Below, one piece after another: positions 12,226-25,679 of a DNA stretch of 64,000 nt. The position numbers were made by a program, and so were the translations under genes. How positions within the stretch are numbered: the stretch's first letter is position 1; each line of letters opens with the position of its first letter. The notes beneath the pieces were generated by a model. That model was given only the letters and a program-made list of their open reading frames with translations, had not been told where the DNA came from and searched no databases. This DNA is from Syncephalis fuscata S228 (lineage: Eukaryota > Fungi > Zoopagomycota), in the NCBI GenBank assembly GCA_025786725.1, contig JAHLTZ010000009.1:186001-250000 (forward strand), read 5' to 3'.

Positions 12226-14026
12226 ATACTACTTATTCCATAACTATGCGCGTGCCATAATGTCATATTAGCGCAACTTTGAGGAAAAGAGGATGCTTTA
12301 GCTATAAGCGAAGAAGGAAACGCGTCGTCTCTGTTTGTGTGTCATTCTAATCGTGAAATATAGCAAAGCAAACCGGTGTTCAATAATTGAATAGTTCTTA
12401 ACGTGTCATAATGTTTTTATTGGTTGTTTTCTAATGCAATTTAGTATTTTTATTAATTTTATTCCAAATAGAACAGTAATACTATGTTAGTATATATCAT
12501 ATTATTAATTAAATATAATCATTTACAAATATTAACATATTGAAGTTAATTACATTTAATACAGCTATATTGACATCGCTCATCTTGTCTAATATCAATG
12601 TATGTATACTGGATACTATATATACAAGCCATAAATCGAATAGCATTGTACATATAAATATTATAAATAAATTAAAGCACTAATGAGTGGATTGTTCAAG
12701 TGATGAAGAATGAAAGAAAGACAATCGATGCAAAGATAGCAGCATGTAGTTGTCGTAACATCGTACTAACAGCTGTAAATGCACAACAGTAATGATGTCG
12801 TAAATACCACCAGTATAATTGCTAAACAGGCTTATACACCCACAGCTTGTAATGTTGATTTATAACAACCCAGATCAATTAGTAGATCTTATAACATGTA
12901 ATGTGTAAAAAATATTAATGAATAAGTACCGTCAAGTGTAAAAGAAAGAAAAGAAAATATAATGACATAGATTGTAAATGTGCAATTGACAGAGCATATT
13001 TATAAAGACATGGAACCTACATACTAATGATAAAGCAATAAACAGAATACGAATACTAAAAATCAATCAATCCAAAGTGACGGTACATCACAGAGCATAT
13101 TAATAATAAAACAACAATACAGTAAATATAAATGTCATTTGAAACCAAAGACCAATATCATAGAATAAGTATGCAGTGAAGTAACTAGTATAATAGAAAG
13201 TATGGAACTTAAACTCCTTTTAACCGTTTTTTGTGTTAATTGTTTTTTATGTGATGTATAATGACCATTACACAATTTTAATCTTTTATTCGTATTTATT
13301 GGCTGCGGTAATTTAATTATATCGTTCAATGTCCACATTTAAACGGCTCATTATAAAAATGCTTCTTATTTGCTTGTGTTCGCGTGGATTTCAACCGGTT
13401 TCTAAGCCGATCCCTTCCATTGAGGCTATTTTCTCTCTCACTCCGCCTTCCCCAATTGTTGTCACCAACGCTCACATTCACTCGTTGATACTTGTTATTT
13501 CCTTTCATCTTGACCCTTTTCCCTTTTCTCACCATCAAGCAGTGTTGTAACTATCAGTTTCTGTTTATCGTTTGTGTCTGCGTACTGCCGGTTATCGGTT
13601 ATTATTGGTGGAATTGCCCTGTAGCAGTAATAGTAACATAACAGCAGCGGACGAGTTTTGGGCGTCGTGTTGCCTTGTTTCTTTATTGCAATTCAACTAG
13701 AACCAACCATTCGCTATCCTTTGTTCCTTTAACTACACAACCTTAACTGCTACGACTATATTAGTAACAGAAAAGTGCGACAGTAACCGCAATAACAACA
13801 GTAATAATCCAACCCAATCCAACAATAACAATATTAATAGTAATAATTGCTGTAACGACTACGCTTCGTACACTATCACTGCCACTACCATCCTATTACT
13901 ATTATTGCCATTGATAAAACACTGACTAAATTGAGTACCTATTCATAAAACAATTAGCTTGTCAATACTCTTATTGCTATTACTATTGTGAGCTTATAGT
14001 TGGTATATTTCGTGGCGATAACGACC

Positions 14027-15636
14027 ATGCCTTTACCGAACGCTAGTAGTAAATCATCACCATCGGCCACAGCACCCGCGCCATTGACGGGTGGTGGCAA
14101 TAGTAATAGCACTAATAATGGCCAATCACGCATTGCTTATCTTCAGTCCTACGGTAATACCGTACGTACAAATAAACCGCCGTCGCTTATTGTACGGTGG
14201 TGGCGCCAATTCCTATGGTCCTTTGTTCGGCCATCCATGCATGGCGGCCGTAATCGCGTCTTGTGTGGAGGTCGTGTGGTAACCGGCCGCGACACATGGG
14301 CCTTTCTAGTCGCCCAGGTTCTGCTAATTGCTCCTTGTGTTCTATTCGCAATTTTCATGTGAGTAACAAAATAACAACGGAGGGTGTTGCCAATGTGCGT
14401 GCTGTATAATGGCTATTCAAACGGCAAGGGGCACATACATGTTTTAGATGCAGACAAATGTGCTCATATATACACACGTACTGACACATTATTATACATA
14501 GATGTCCTTATTTATGGTATGATGTGCAGCCGGCAGCAGCGATCGTATTCGGCTATTTATTTCTAGTCTGTCTCGCTTCAATGTACTACACATCGTTTAC
14601 TGATCCGGGTGTAAGTTTATGTACCATACGCACACATAAAACTAATTACAGGCCATTGGATAATTTAGATTATACCTCGCAATCTAGATCCTTATCCAAA
14701 TACTTCATCTACTGCACCACGCGATGACGCGGCGATTATTAATGCCAACGACGATCCATACGCGCCACCAGCCACTGCTCCTGTACCGAAAGAAACTGTG
14801 GTCAATGGCGTAACAGTACCGCTAAAATACTGCAGTACTTGTAAAATCTATCGACCACCGCGAGCTAGCCATTGCCGACAGTGCGACAATTGTGTTGGTA
14901 GGTGGCCATTAATTTAATGTCATTTTTACTAATGTATCACCTAATAGAGGATGAGGATCATCATTGTGTTTGGCTAAATAACTGTGTAGGACGGCGCAAT
15001 TATCGATCATTTTTCACGTTTATCTGGTCCGGTTCACTACTTTGTATTTATGTTACAGTATTCAGCATTCTTCACATGTTACATGAGTATAGTCGCGAAG
15101 ATGCTGGCATACGTGTGAATTCAGAGTTTATTGATGTTATTCGACGCTATCCAGTCAGATATCCTTTTACATGCAATTATGAGCTATTATTGATCTAAAA
15201 ACATCCTTAACTCGCTAACTGTGATGTGCTTACCTTGCTGCTAATGATTTATTGCTTCATCTTTCTTTGGAGTCTAGGCAGTCTTGCTTTGTATCACGCC
15301 TGGCTTGTAAGTCGTAATATCACTACACACGAACAGGTAGGCTACTGGTGTTATTAGTGTCAGTATAGAACTACTGAATACTAATGTATCTTAGATTCGA
15401 CGAACTACGGTTGAGCGAGATGAGCGTCGTCCCAACCCGTTTGATAGTGGTAGTATTCATAAAAATTGCATGACTGTATTGTGCCGACCACGTATATCAC
15501 CGTAAGTGTATAGCACCGAATAAAACACTTTATTTATATTAATTATCTTTTAAACAGTCATATTAATTGGCGTAACCAGTATATGCAACAAGATCAATCA
15601 CAGCAGGCACCGCCACGAGTAGTTGCTACTGTTTGA
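14027..15636 (+). CDS. ERF2: DHHC palmitoyltransferase, Erf2/ZDHHC9-like
   Basis: [88 protein letters not shown]. Confidence 0.9.
15159..15233 (+). other. U12-type AT-AC intron in the ERF2-like gene
   Basis: 5' site ATATCCTTTT, branch TCCTTAAC at 15204-11, 3' end TTAC. Removal restores the frame [27 protein letters not shown]. Confidence 0.92.
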
Positions 15637-16870
15637 TTCAACGTAGTTAGCGCCGCTAATGGACTCTAGCGGTGCATGTATACGCATATGTATGTGTATG
15701 TGTGTTATTTTGTTATGTCGTATCGCCACTATCGTCATTTTTATTATTACTAGACAAAATCAGCGACTATTTACTTATCGCCTATGAATTGTGCCCATGC
15801 TACTATACAATGTGTCTAATTATCTAAATATATAAATAACCATATAGTGTGCATTTAATAGTGTTAATCCACACAATTTTTATAATTAGCATTGTATCAT
15901 ATAGTTGGCGTAAAGCACTGCATAATTAATAGTTTGATGCAAGATCATATAAAAATTCATATTTGAGAATCTAATGGCAATTGTATTAAAGAGTTAGAGT
16001 TGTTGTATATCTGCTTTCACTTACTTCAATAAGTAATACAAAATTTGTATGCAACTTTTAAATATAAATTATTACGTTTGAACAACGCCTAATAATATTC
16101 TTATGTGAATCAAAACGAACATACAGTTAAATAAAGCTTGTTTATAGCAATCAAGCAAATGTGGTATATTTATTATTATAAATCTTTATAACTAGCTGTA
16201 TTCAATTAAATTAATGTTGTAATAAAATTGCTGATTATTTACTACATAATAACTATGATTATAGCTTAGCATAATCCAGCATCACATGTTCATTTTGTTT
16301 ATTAACTTTGGTTTATATGGCTAAAAATACATTATAATTATTTTACAACAAATGCATACGTTTTGTGTATTCTTTTTACTAAAACAAATTAGCTAGAAAC
16401 CGAAGAATATTATACTGTGTTTACGCTATAAATAGTATTGCTTGTTGTTATGTGACAATAACATGGCTTCTAATTGGCTTATTGTTATATGAAACTGCAA
16501 GATCTGACATATAGCTGGTAATATTCAATATTTAGTAACACATTTATAAATACAAAATAATATAAGTAACAACCATTACATCCATACAAGGGAATATTTC
16601 ACTTTTTTGTTAAAAATAAAGTTAAGGCAGCTTAGACAGAAAACTTGTTATTACCTTTGCCTCACGCTTTATAAATATCAAATGACTTTAGAATCATTTG
16701 GTTTCCAAACATGAAATAGGTATTTGACCAGCTAGTTACATTGCATGAAAGCAAAATAGCATATTTCTATTACAAACCATGTTGGAACAACCACCGTTCG
16801 GTAATAGGCGAAACGTCTATGCTATAGAAATGTTTTCAGTAGATTTAACAGTTACAATGTGACGTGCTTT

Positions 16871-18352
16871 CATTTACAAACCAACTATAAAATAAATGAT
16901 CGAGTTGTACTAGATTCCAATTTATCAACTCATAGCTTTTCTACAACTTCATCGATACAATCTACATTTATTAAATTACTCTGCTGCGCAGTTATTCAAA
17001 TCGCCGGTCGATTCAACAACACGAAACTCCACTACTGTCAAAATGGTTAAAATCGACATGTTCACTATTGCAGCTGGCTGCATCTTGGCCCTTGCATCTT
17101 TCACGCCACTCACGGATGCTACCCCTATTGGCTTTGACCGTAAGTTAATAGTAACTTATATTGCTTCCATAGTATTAACATGTAAACAAAGCATCTGCTC
17201 CAATTGGCGCAAACTTTCTAAATGTAAAGGAAAACACGCCAAAAACGCTTGGAATTGATACGCTTGTGATTACCAAGCTATTGCAATCAAACAAAGTACT
17301 GGTTGTGGGCAATGCTAATTTCCAAAATAAGCCGGCCTTCTTCAAGTGCTCTAAAGATCCTATAGCAATGGTTAACGAGAAAAAGGCATTCGATGTACGT
17401 AGAATATTTATGCTTGTAGTCATTGATTGACATTGTCGTTATAGCTACTCAAACAGGCCAAAGACTCGTTTAAAGGCGAAAAAGCAGCTGGTGGCCAGTT
17501 TATTACTCAGCCACTACACGCATTCACCAGCAATGACGGCTACTGCACAATATACACTTATGGCGGTAGCACTACGCTGAGAGACGCGCTTAGTCAAGCT
17601 AGCTGGGCAGACAAGGCCAAGTATTTGCCTGTGATTGCCACTCAGATGCTCCAAGGTTTGGCTTATATGCACCGTGCTGGTGTGGCCCACAATGACATTA
17701 AGCCAGACAGTAAGCCAGCTTAAATGTCGATATTCAGCTTGTTAACAGTTTGCCATTGATTGTTAGATGTGCTTGTCCAGATTTCTGGTGCCAATGTCAT
17801 GACCACACTAATTGATTATGATTTGGGACTAGACATCCGAGTCCCTATTATTCAAGTCAATAAGCCAGTTGTCATTAAGGGTATGACCATGGGATTCAGA
17901 GCTCCAGAAGCTCAGATTCCAGATACTATGGTTGATGCCAGTAAAAGCGACTCATGGAGTGTTGGTGCCACCATTTACAATATACTGACAGGACTGACTC
18001 TTGGCTACGATTATGAGAAACAGCGTGCCATATGGGTCAGCTTTATGCTGGCAGCCGGCTCTCCATCCGCCAACCGCGCTCCACCTGCTGCACCAGCAAA
18101 GAATATGCCGGTCTTCCCAACCAGTCCAAATGGCCAGCTTGAAATGGCACTAGTTACACCGCTATCTATCATGGACACGCTGTTGACCAAAGATCCTAAA
18201 ATGCGTCCGACTCCTCAAGCGCTACTTGAAAATCAACTAAAGCCGGCAACATGGTAACATGGTGCGCTGCTGTGCTCAATAAGCTTCGCGGTGTTCAGCA
18301 GCCTGTTTTCAACCCTGTATCTCAAAGAAAAGCATAAATACACATAGATAAT
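16871..18352 (+). repeat. ~1.48 kb near-identical direct repeat, copy 1 (copy 2 at 22006-23485)
   Basis: Identity from 'catttacaaaccaactataa' through the kinase 3' UTR, introns included; only a few substitutions and 1-nt indels. Confidence 0.95.
17043..18337 (+). CDS. Putative secreted atypical Ser/Thr protein kinase, copy 1 (4 exons)
   Basis: Signal peptide MVKIDMFTIAAGCILALASFTPLTDA. Kinase motifs AFFKC (beta3 Lys), NEKKAF (alphaC Glu), HNDIKPDNV, IDYDLG, GFRAPE, SDSWSVG. 1-nt deletion near 18235; copy 2 gives the probable true C-terminus. Confidence 0.85.
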
Positions 18353-18839
18353 ACAATAAACTTTTTATTAATATTTACTTCTTAATAACAATTTTAATAT
18401 ATATAAATATTAAATACAAATTAATTAATTAAACAATGTACTGCATGTAGAAAGTTTATGGACAAACTGATGTTACAAAATGAAGCTATTTCAAACTGCT
18501 ATAATGTAATTCTGTTTTTATAACAATAATTACTGGTAAAACACAATAGATATATGATGATGAACCATCAGTAGCATAAAAATAATCAATTATGATATAA
18601 AAAATAGAAAATGTTATAAAGAATATAATAGACATAAGTAAGACTAACATATAGATCAATATTATGCATGGTATATAATCAGCAATACAATATGTGTTAA
18701 CTAGCACAATACTAATATATATTGAATAAATATAATGCATAATTAGACAAATGAATAATATAAAATAACAGCATAATCATGTTTACAAGATAAATTTATT
18801 TATAAGCACGAGTAAAGCTAGCACTAGCACTATTTATCT

Positions 18840-19898
18840 TTATGGCTTGCGACCAACAAATACGCCATATTTCCAGTAAACACGATTAGCGACATTTCTT
18901 CATGCAAATTTGCGAGAACGTAGTCGAATCTTTCTTTTGTAACATTGCATGTAGACATATTTTAGCACTTAGTGAGTTGACTAGACTGAGCACATCAAGC
19001 CATCCCTGGCGGCCCACTTGATCGCACCATTCTCCAAGCGGAAACTCAAATAATGCTCAGTCTCCAGTTGTAGACCAGCTTCTTGTATCATCTGCGGTAT
19101 CTGCCAGACTTTGCAAAGATTGGCACCACGGCTGCGACATACAGTATCAATCCATGTAGTAACCTCTTGACCCAATGGCCCGGCATTCTCTAGGTGAGCG
19201 GAGGTTTCGACAAGCTCAATAGTACCGCCGGAGGAGCAAACACGTGCTAAATCTTTGACAAGTACAGGCCAATAAGTTTCCGGCACTGATGAGCATAATA
19301 GTCGCATATAAATATAGTCGAATGTATTGTCCTCGTATTTGATACCTAGTATTAGTCAAATGATTAACGCAATGTTACATTAATCAATACTTGTTAATCC
19401 TACCCTTAAGAGCATTCATAGTTTTAAACTTGACGTTATTGGGAAACTTATCTGTCAATGGAGCTGGAGATAGATCAATACAATCTATTTCACACTGGGG
19501 AAATTCCTCTGCCATCTCCTATACAGTGTTATTTAGCAAATTGTTAATCGTAATAAATGTTGCAATAAATACAACTGCTCACCTTAGACCATATGCCAGT
19601 ACCACCGCCTACTTCCAGTATTTTTTGTGGATTAGTTAGTTTACTTGTGTAGTTGCCATTAAGTAAATGTTTAAATATATGATGCTGCGCATTTAGCCTA
19701 AATATTCATAGAATAGTGGCTATTTACTAGGTGTTATATTGCCTTATACACAAATACCTACCTATCTGCTTCAGTCTGGTCGTTAGCTAGCGGATAAGGT
19801 GCATTTTCTTCACCATGATAACGCCGGCCTGCTTCATATACAAAAGATGAATCTTTTGCTTGTTCTTGGCCAGATGTAGTGTTTTGTGAATGTTCCAT
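18840..19898 (-). CDS. LaeA-like class I SAM methyltransferase, copy A
   Basis: YEAGRRYHGEENAPYPLANDQTEADRLNAQH, LEVGGGTGIW, FDYIYMRLL, GGTIELVE, FVGRKP*. Indels in the last exon. Confidence 0.88.
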
Positions 19899-20524
19899 AT
19901 CGATAACAAGGTGTTTTACTAAATTTACGACTGTGAATAAAAACGATGTGCACTTGCAAATAACTAAATAAATTGGGCAATTATATAGAGCAATACAGTA
20001 TCACGAAATGCGTCATCAACTTGTATAATTACCATATGTATTGTTAGATTAAGCAGTGCTACCATGTGGAATGCTAGAATGGCACAAAGGCCTTAAGACG
20101 CATCTTTTTGCCCAGCCTTTTTAACGGCTTATAGAAGTCACTATGCACAGTGAGAATGTTTTGAAAGTTGATTGCAAAAAAGTGCGAATGTGTTATTAAT
20201 CATATGAACAAGTGGGTTTATAAATAGTAAAAGTAGTGCCAAGTTGACAGCAGTTTAATAATGTTCACTATATGATAAAAGAATATGTAGTAAAATGGAT
20301 ATACTGTTGTAAGTTAAAGCTAAAATTTTAATTGGCCATAGGCCTTAAAGGTATACGTCATTTCTTCAGCGTTAAACAGCACTTGATAATGATGGCTCTG
20401 GCGTGGCCCCACTAAATTTCTACTTTTTCAGTGTATACACAAAAGAGGCCCACGTGTTTAAGATATAAAGGCATACGTCACCACTGTATTCGTAGCACAT
20501 GCGCAGCATGCGTTCAATAAGAAT
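19899..20524 (-). repeat. Duplicated ~620 bp methyltransferase upstream region (also 30901-31520 + and 61960-62465 +)
   Basis: The reverse complement is almost identical to the upstream regions of copies B and E. Confidence 0.93.
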
Positions 20525-21080
20525 GTATACATTTCAATGAAATGTTAATCTGTTTTAATATTAATTTGCTGTCATCTAACCTGAGTTCTTATTACAATAC
20601 AATAGAATGTGATATGTGAATATGATATGTATATAGGATAATAAAGATGAAAATGAATATATGATGATGATGAGTGTTTTAACTACCAGTATTTCTTACC
20701 ATTTAGCCCATATCCAATAAAACAAATATGTAGTTTAATTACGCCAATATTAGTAGGTTTAGTCATTTGACCCTTAAATCATATTGAATCATTAATAATC
20801 TATTTAATATTTGTGCAATAATAATAATGGAAAAAATATAATAGCTATCTAAATAAATTACTGATCTTATGTGATAAATATTGGCTAGAAATATGATGTA
20901 TATGAACGTTATATGTCTTTTATAGATCAATAGAGCTGTTATAAGTGATTTATGGTTAATCAAACGCAAGAATAAAAATACGATTGTTGATAATACTAGT
21001 CATAATGAATGTAGTTATCAGTAGTTAAAATATAGTGACGGACAACTAGCTATCATATCTACATATTACTATGACGTAGC

Positions 21081-21513
21081 TTCAGACTGAATTTACAAGG
21101 TTATCATCGTTTCTACAGTCTAGTCAATGGTGGATTCTCTGCATTAAAACACATTGACAATACCTACTACACAGTCAATCCAATGGCCATTCAATCGTTA
21201 TTTAATGTCTACAGCAAAACCAAACGCATTGTCAGTATATTAGAGGGCAAGAAACTTGAGCATGTTACTTATAGCTGCATTAGTGCAATGTTAGTAAATA
21301 ATTCGACATACCAAAACACAATCGACATAGCTATTGTTATGTTTTTAGGCTGGCTTCATTGTACTGACCATTTAGTCTGGTAAGCAAATATACGCGTGGC
21401 GATAAACATATTTACTTTGTCTTTGGTGGCAGCACCATTGTGATGTTGTTTGAACCAAGCAATTTCACCTTGGTGCGGAGTTACTGGAGAATTCCAGGAA
21501 ACCGTTGGTGACC
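21081..21513 (+). pseudogene. Decayed 3' fragment of PSD2
   Basis: FRLNLQGYHRFYSLVNG...YYTVNPMAIQSLFNVYSKTKRIVS...CISAML, an intron at the same position, then FGGSTIVMLFEP. Aligns to ~29983-30423 with an in-frame TAG near 21373. Confidence 0.9.
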
Positions 21514-22177
21514 TCTTTATTAAAACATGTTATTGAGAAGGGAGTAGTATTAGCAACGCTTAAGCTATAAACAGCGTTGTTTGTTGCTATGTTACAGCAA
21601 CATGAATTGCAATTGGCCTATTAACGGATGAAACTGCGGGCCATGGTTTGCAACACGCAATGTACTAGCATCATTGGTGACGTGTTTATAATATGAAACA
21701 ACCCAAACATTAATTACTATATTTTTATAGGAAAGCGTGGCATCTCCTTTTTGAAAATAAGGCCATTACTTTTTGCTTCGAAAATACGCCATTTGCACTC
21801 TACACGTAACAGGTATTTAATGGTTTTAGGCCTTTAATCTTTCAAACACGGATAATTATTTGGCCAACTGGCTGTACTGAGCGTAAATAGAATGACTTTG
21901 TTTTTACACTGAAGTCATACTGAAACAACCATCAGTCAGCAATAGACAAGCGCCTATGCTTTCGTGTTGTCTTCGGCAAATTAACTATACCACATTTCCG
22001 GCCATCATTTACAAACCAACTATAAAATAAATGATTGAGTTGTACTAGATTCCAATTTATCAACTCATAGCTTTTCTACAACTTCATCGATACAATTTAC
22101 ATTTATTAAATTACTCTGCTGCGCAGTTATTCAAATCGCCGGTCGATTCAACAACACGAAACTCCACTACTGTCAAA

Positions 22178-23471
22178 ATGGTTAAAATCGACATGTTCAC
22201 TATTGCAGCTGGCTGCATCTTGGCCCTTGCATCTTTCACGCCACTCACGGATGCTACCCCTATTGGCTTTGACCGTAAGTTAATAGTAACTTATATTGCT
22301 TCCATAGTATTAACATGTAAACAAAGCATCTGCTCCAATTGGCGCAAACTTTCTAAATGTAAAGGAAAACACGCCAAAAACGCTTGGAATTGATACGCTT
22401 GTGATTACCAAGCTATTGCAATCAAACAAAGTACTGGTTGTGGGCAATGCTAATTTCCAAAATAAGCCGGCCTTCTTCAAGTGCTCTAAAGATCCTATAG
22501 CAATGGTTAACGAGAAAAAGGCATTCGATGTACGTAGAATATTTATGCTTGTAGTCATTGATTGACATTGTCGTTATAGCTACTCAAACAGGCCAAAACT
22601 CGTTTAAAGGCGAAAAAGCAGCTGGTGGCCAGTTTATTACTCAGCCACTACACGCATTCACCAGCAATGGCGGCTACTGCACAATATACACTTATGGCGG
22701 TAGCACTACGCTGAGAGACGTGCTTAGTCAAGCTAGCTGGGCAGACAAGGCCAAGTATTTGCCTGTGATTGCCACTCAGATGCTCCAAGGTTTGGCTTAT
22801 ATGCACCGTGCTGGTGTGGCCCACAATGACATTAAGCCAGACAGTAAGCCAGCTTAAATGTCGATATTCAGCTTGTTAACAGTTTGCCATTGATTGTTAG
22901 ATGTGCTTGTCCAGGTTTCTGGTGCCAATGTCATGACCACACTAATTGATTATGACTTGGGACTAGACATCCGAGTCCCTATTATTCAAGTCAATAAGCC
23001 AGTTGTCATTAAGGGTATGACCATGGGATTCAGAGCTCCAGAAGCTCAGATTCCAGATACTATGGTTGATGCCAGTAAAAGCGACTCATGGAGTGTTGGT
23101 GCCACCATTTACAATATACTGACAGGACTGACTCTTGGCTACGATTATGAGAAACAGCGTGCCATATGGGTCAGCTTTATGCTGGCAGCCGGCTCTCCAT
23201 CTGCCAACCGCGCTCCATCTGCTGCACCAGCAAAGAATATGCCGGTCTTCCCAACCAGTCCAAATGGCCAGCTTGAAATGGCACTGTTACACCGCTATCT
23301 ATCATGGACACGCTGTTGACCAAAGATCCTAAAATGCGTCCAACTCCTCAAGCGCTACTTGAAAATCAGACTAAAGCCGGCAACATGGTAACATGGTGCG
23401 CTGCTGTGCTCAATAAGCTTCGCGGTGTTCAGCAGCCTGTTTTCAACCCTGTATCTCAAAGAAAAGCATAA
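22178..23471 (+). CDS. Putative secreted atypical Ser/Thr protein kinase, copy 2
   Basis: Near-identical to 17043-18337. Two 1-nt deletions (~22597, ~23286) at positions different from copy 1. Confidence 0.83.
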
Positions 23472-23564
23472 ATACACATAGATAACACTTAATAAAGCTT
23501 TAATAAATATTTAGTAAACACGTTTAATAGTATATATTAAATAGATAGAATATAGTGATGGTTA

Positions 23565-24519
23565 TTATAATTTGTTACACAAAAGTCTAACTGGAAGTAC
23601 TCCAGAGTTTTGTTGCTGATAATGGTTAAGGCTATGGGCATTTAATTTTTCTACAATATTAAATAGGTGCTCCTTTGTATTGTAGTAGTGGTCAACACGA
23701 ATACAATGGATATGTTTATATTTGGTTGCGTAGGCTGCGGCTAGTGCAGCCATATGGGGCTTATTTCGCGTGCCAGCCGTTTATGGCAAATAGCCGGCTG
23801 GCTTAAATGCACAATAGCGGACACAATACTGCTGAAACTGGGCGAATAGTTAAAATCTAAACATTGTAAAGTTTTGAATTTGCTTTGCCACTTTTGACGT
23901 AGTCGTACATGGCCCGGACAACTCCATCACCATTGTAAGCGACATTGGTATAATTCCACGTGCTTTCGTAATATGAATAACGGTTATTTCCCCATGTGGG
24001 TTGAGTGCTTGATGGAAAAGAGTACAATTGTTGACCAAAAAACACAATCCCAAATACAGCGACGCATTCAATTAGATATATTTTTGCACAAGCTTGGTAG
24101 CTCAATGGTACATATGCTAACGGGCTTCGCACACACATCATCCCAGAATTCGCAAGCATTTGAAAATTTGGTGCGCACTGAGTTCCGCTTTGTGAAATAC
24201 CACCAAGAGTTGATGGCTGTTTTGAAATGCATTTGCGGCTGGTTTCGATGCACACCTTCTCAAAGCTGCCCTTACACATTTTTTTGCCTTTTAAACAGAC
24301 TTGTTTGGCTTTCTTGCATTTGCTAATGCCAGAACAATCTGGAGTCAAGTTATAAGCGACAGAATTATGTGTCGCAGCAAATGTGTATCTACCATATGGA
24401 AGTTTGCAATAGTTTACTGATCCACTGCATTTGACAAAAGACTTTCTTGCTAATACCAGATTGGAGCAAGAAGCAATTAAAGCAATTACTAACGTTGCTG
24501 ATAATAAAAAACAAACCAT
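23565..24519 (-). pseudogene. Secreted PLC-like (PI-PLC X/TIM-barrel) phosphodiesterase, apparently internally deleted and disrupted
   Basis: Signal peptide; CSGSVNYCKLPYGRYTFAATHNS resembles the family start CNG...C...Y...F..THNS; C-terminal IRVDHY...LFNIVEKLN. The middle is too short and has stops and frameshifts. Confidence 0.6.
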
Positions 24520-25679
24520 AAGTTAAATAAAAAGATAAGCAAAAGTATTGTAGCAAAATGGTGCGCATAAAAGCACCAAGTGTAAAGCACTGATTTATAA
24601 ATATCAAAAAGACGTTAATTTTATAAGAATGAAGGAGTAGCAATTGAATAATGTAAATGCTGTTATTTTTGAATAAAACAGAACAATGCACTCGCTTAAA
24701 TATGTAATGCCCCAGTAAATAAGTCTTTAACAATTAAACAATTCTTTGTTTGTCTCCACTAAAGCCAATTAGGCAATCATTCATACCAATTCTACTTCGT
24801 CATCCACATGTAGATCAACTGATACTATCCCTATTTTGAATACGCATTGTAATAGCTTATTATTTATTGCTGGTAGTTATTCACAATCGGAGTTTATTAA
24901 AGGTTCTCCGTATCAGTTATATTTATCTATTAGCTATCATCTATGCTGTTTCAAATGCACATCGATACAACAGTTGTGGTAATTATAATTTGGTTTAAAA
25001 ATACCAACGATCTACTTTGCTTTTTTCTAATGTAAGTACTACATTTAATTTTTGGTATACGCTTTATTATCTATTTACCTGTATGAATCTTAAAAATATT
25101 TACTGCATTAATATTGTAAAAAGCAGCAACTTAAATTTTAAACTCTACTTATTGAATAATTACTCTTATTTATCGGAATTTTTGTTATTTAAAACTTTAT
25201 ATTACATATTATTGCACTTATAGATTGTAGTAATTAATATAAATGTTTATACACAGTTAATTTAAAATAATAATGATAAAGTATTTACATAATTACAAGA
25301 ACGATAATTATAGTGATAATTATTAGATATACAAATGCTTGAGTTATTATCTTTATAATTGACTAAAGTAATTAATTCGAAATGATGCAAATATTTGATT
25401 CAAATATAAATTATTAATTGCTTTTAAAATAAACGTGTGCAATGTAAACATATAATTAATATTATTAATAATGCTGTAAATAGTAAAAATAAAACTAATA
25501 ACATTCTAAATAAAAATTCACAATATATTGTTTGTTATTAATAAAACTAGCCAAGTTCTTTAACTTATATTTTTACGTACTTTTATATGTATATCATTTT
25601 TATTGTGTTTCTATAGTATTGTTATAATTTACTTAGGTTTATTCAACTTGCTATCTAAAAAATAGTTTAAAATTTTGCC

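Noticed and set aside
12680-13200. Coding-looking stretch downstream of RPL5
   Set aside because: Short broken frames with no motif I can recognise.
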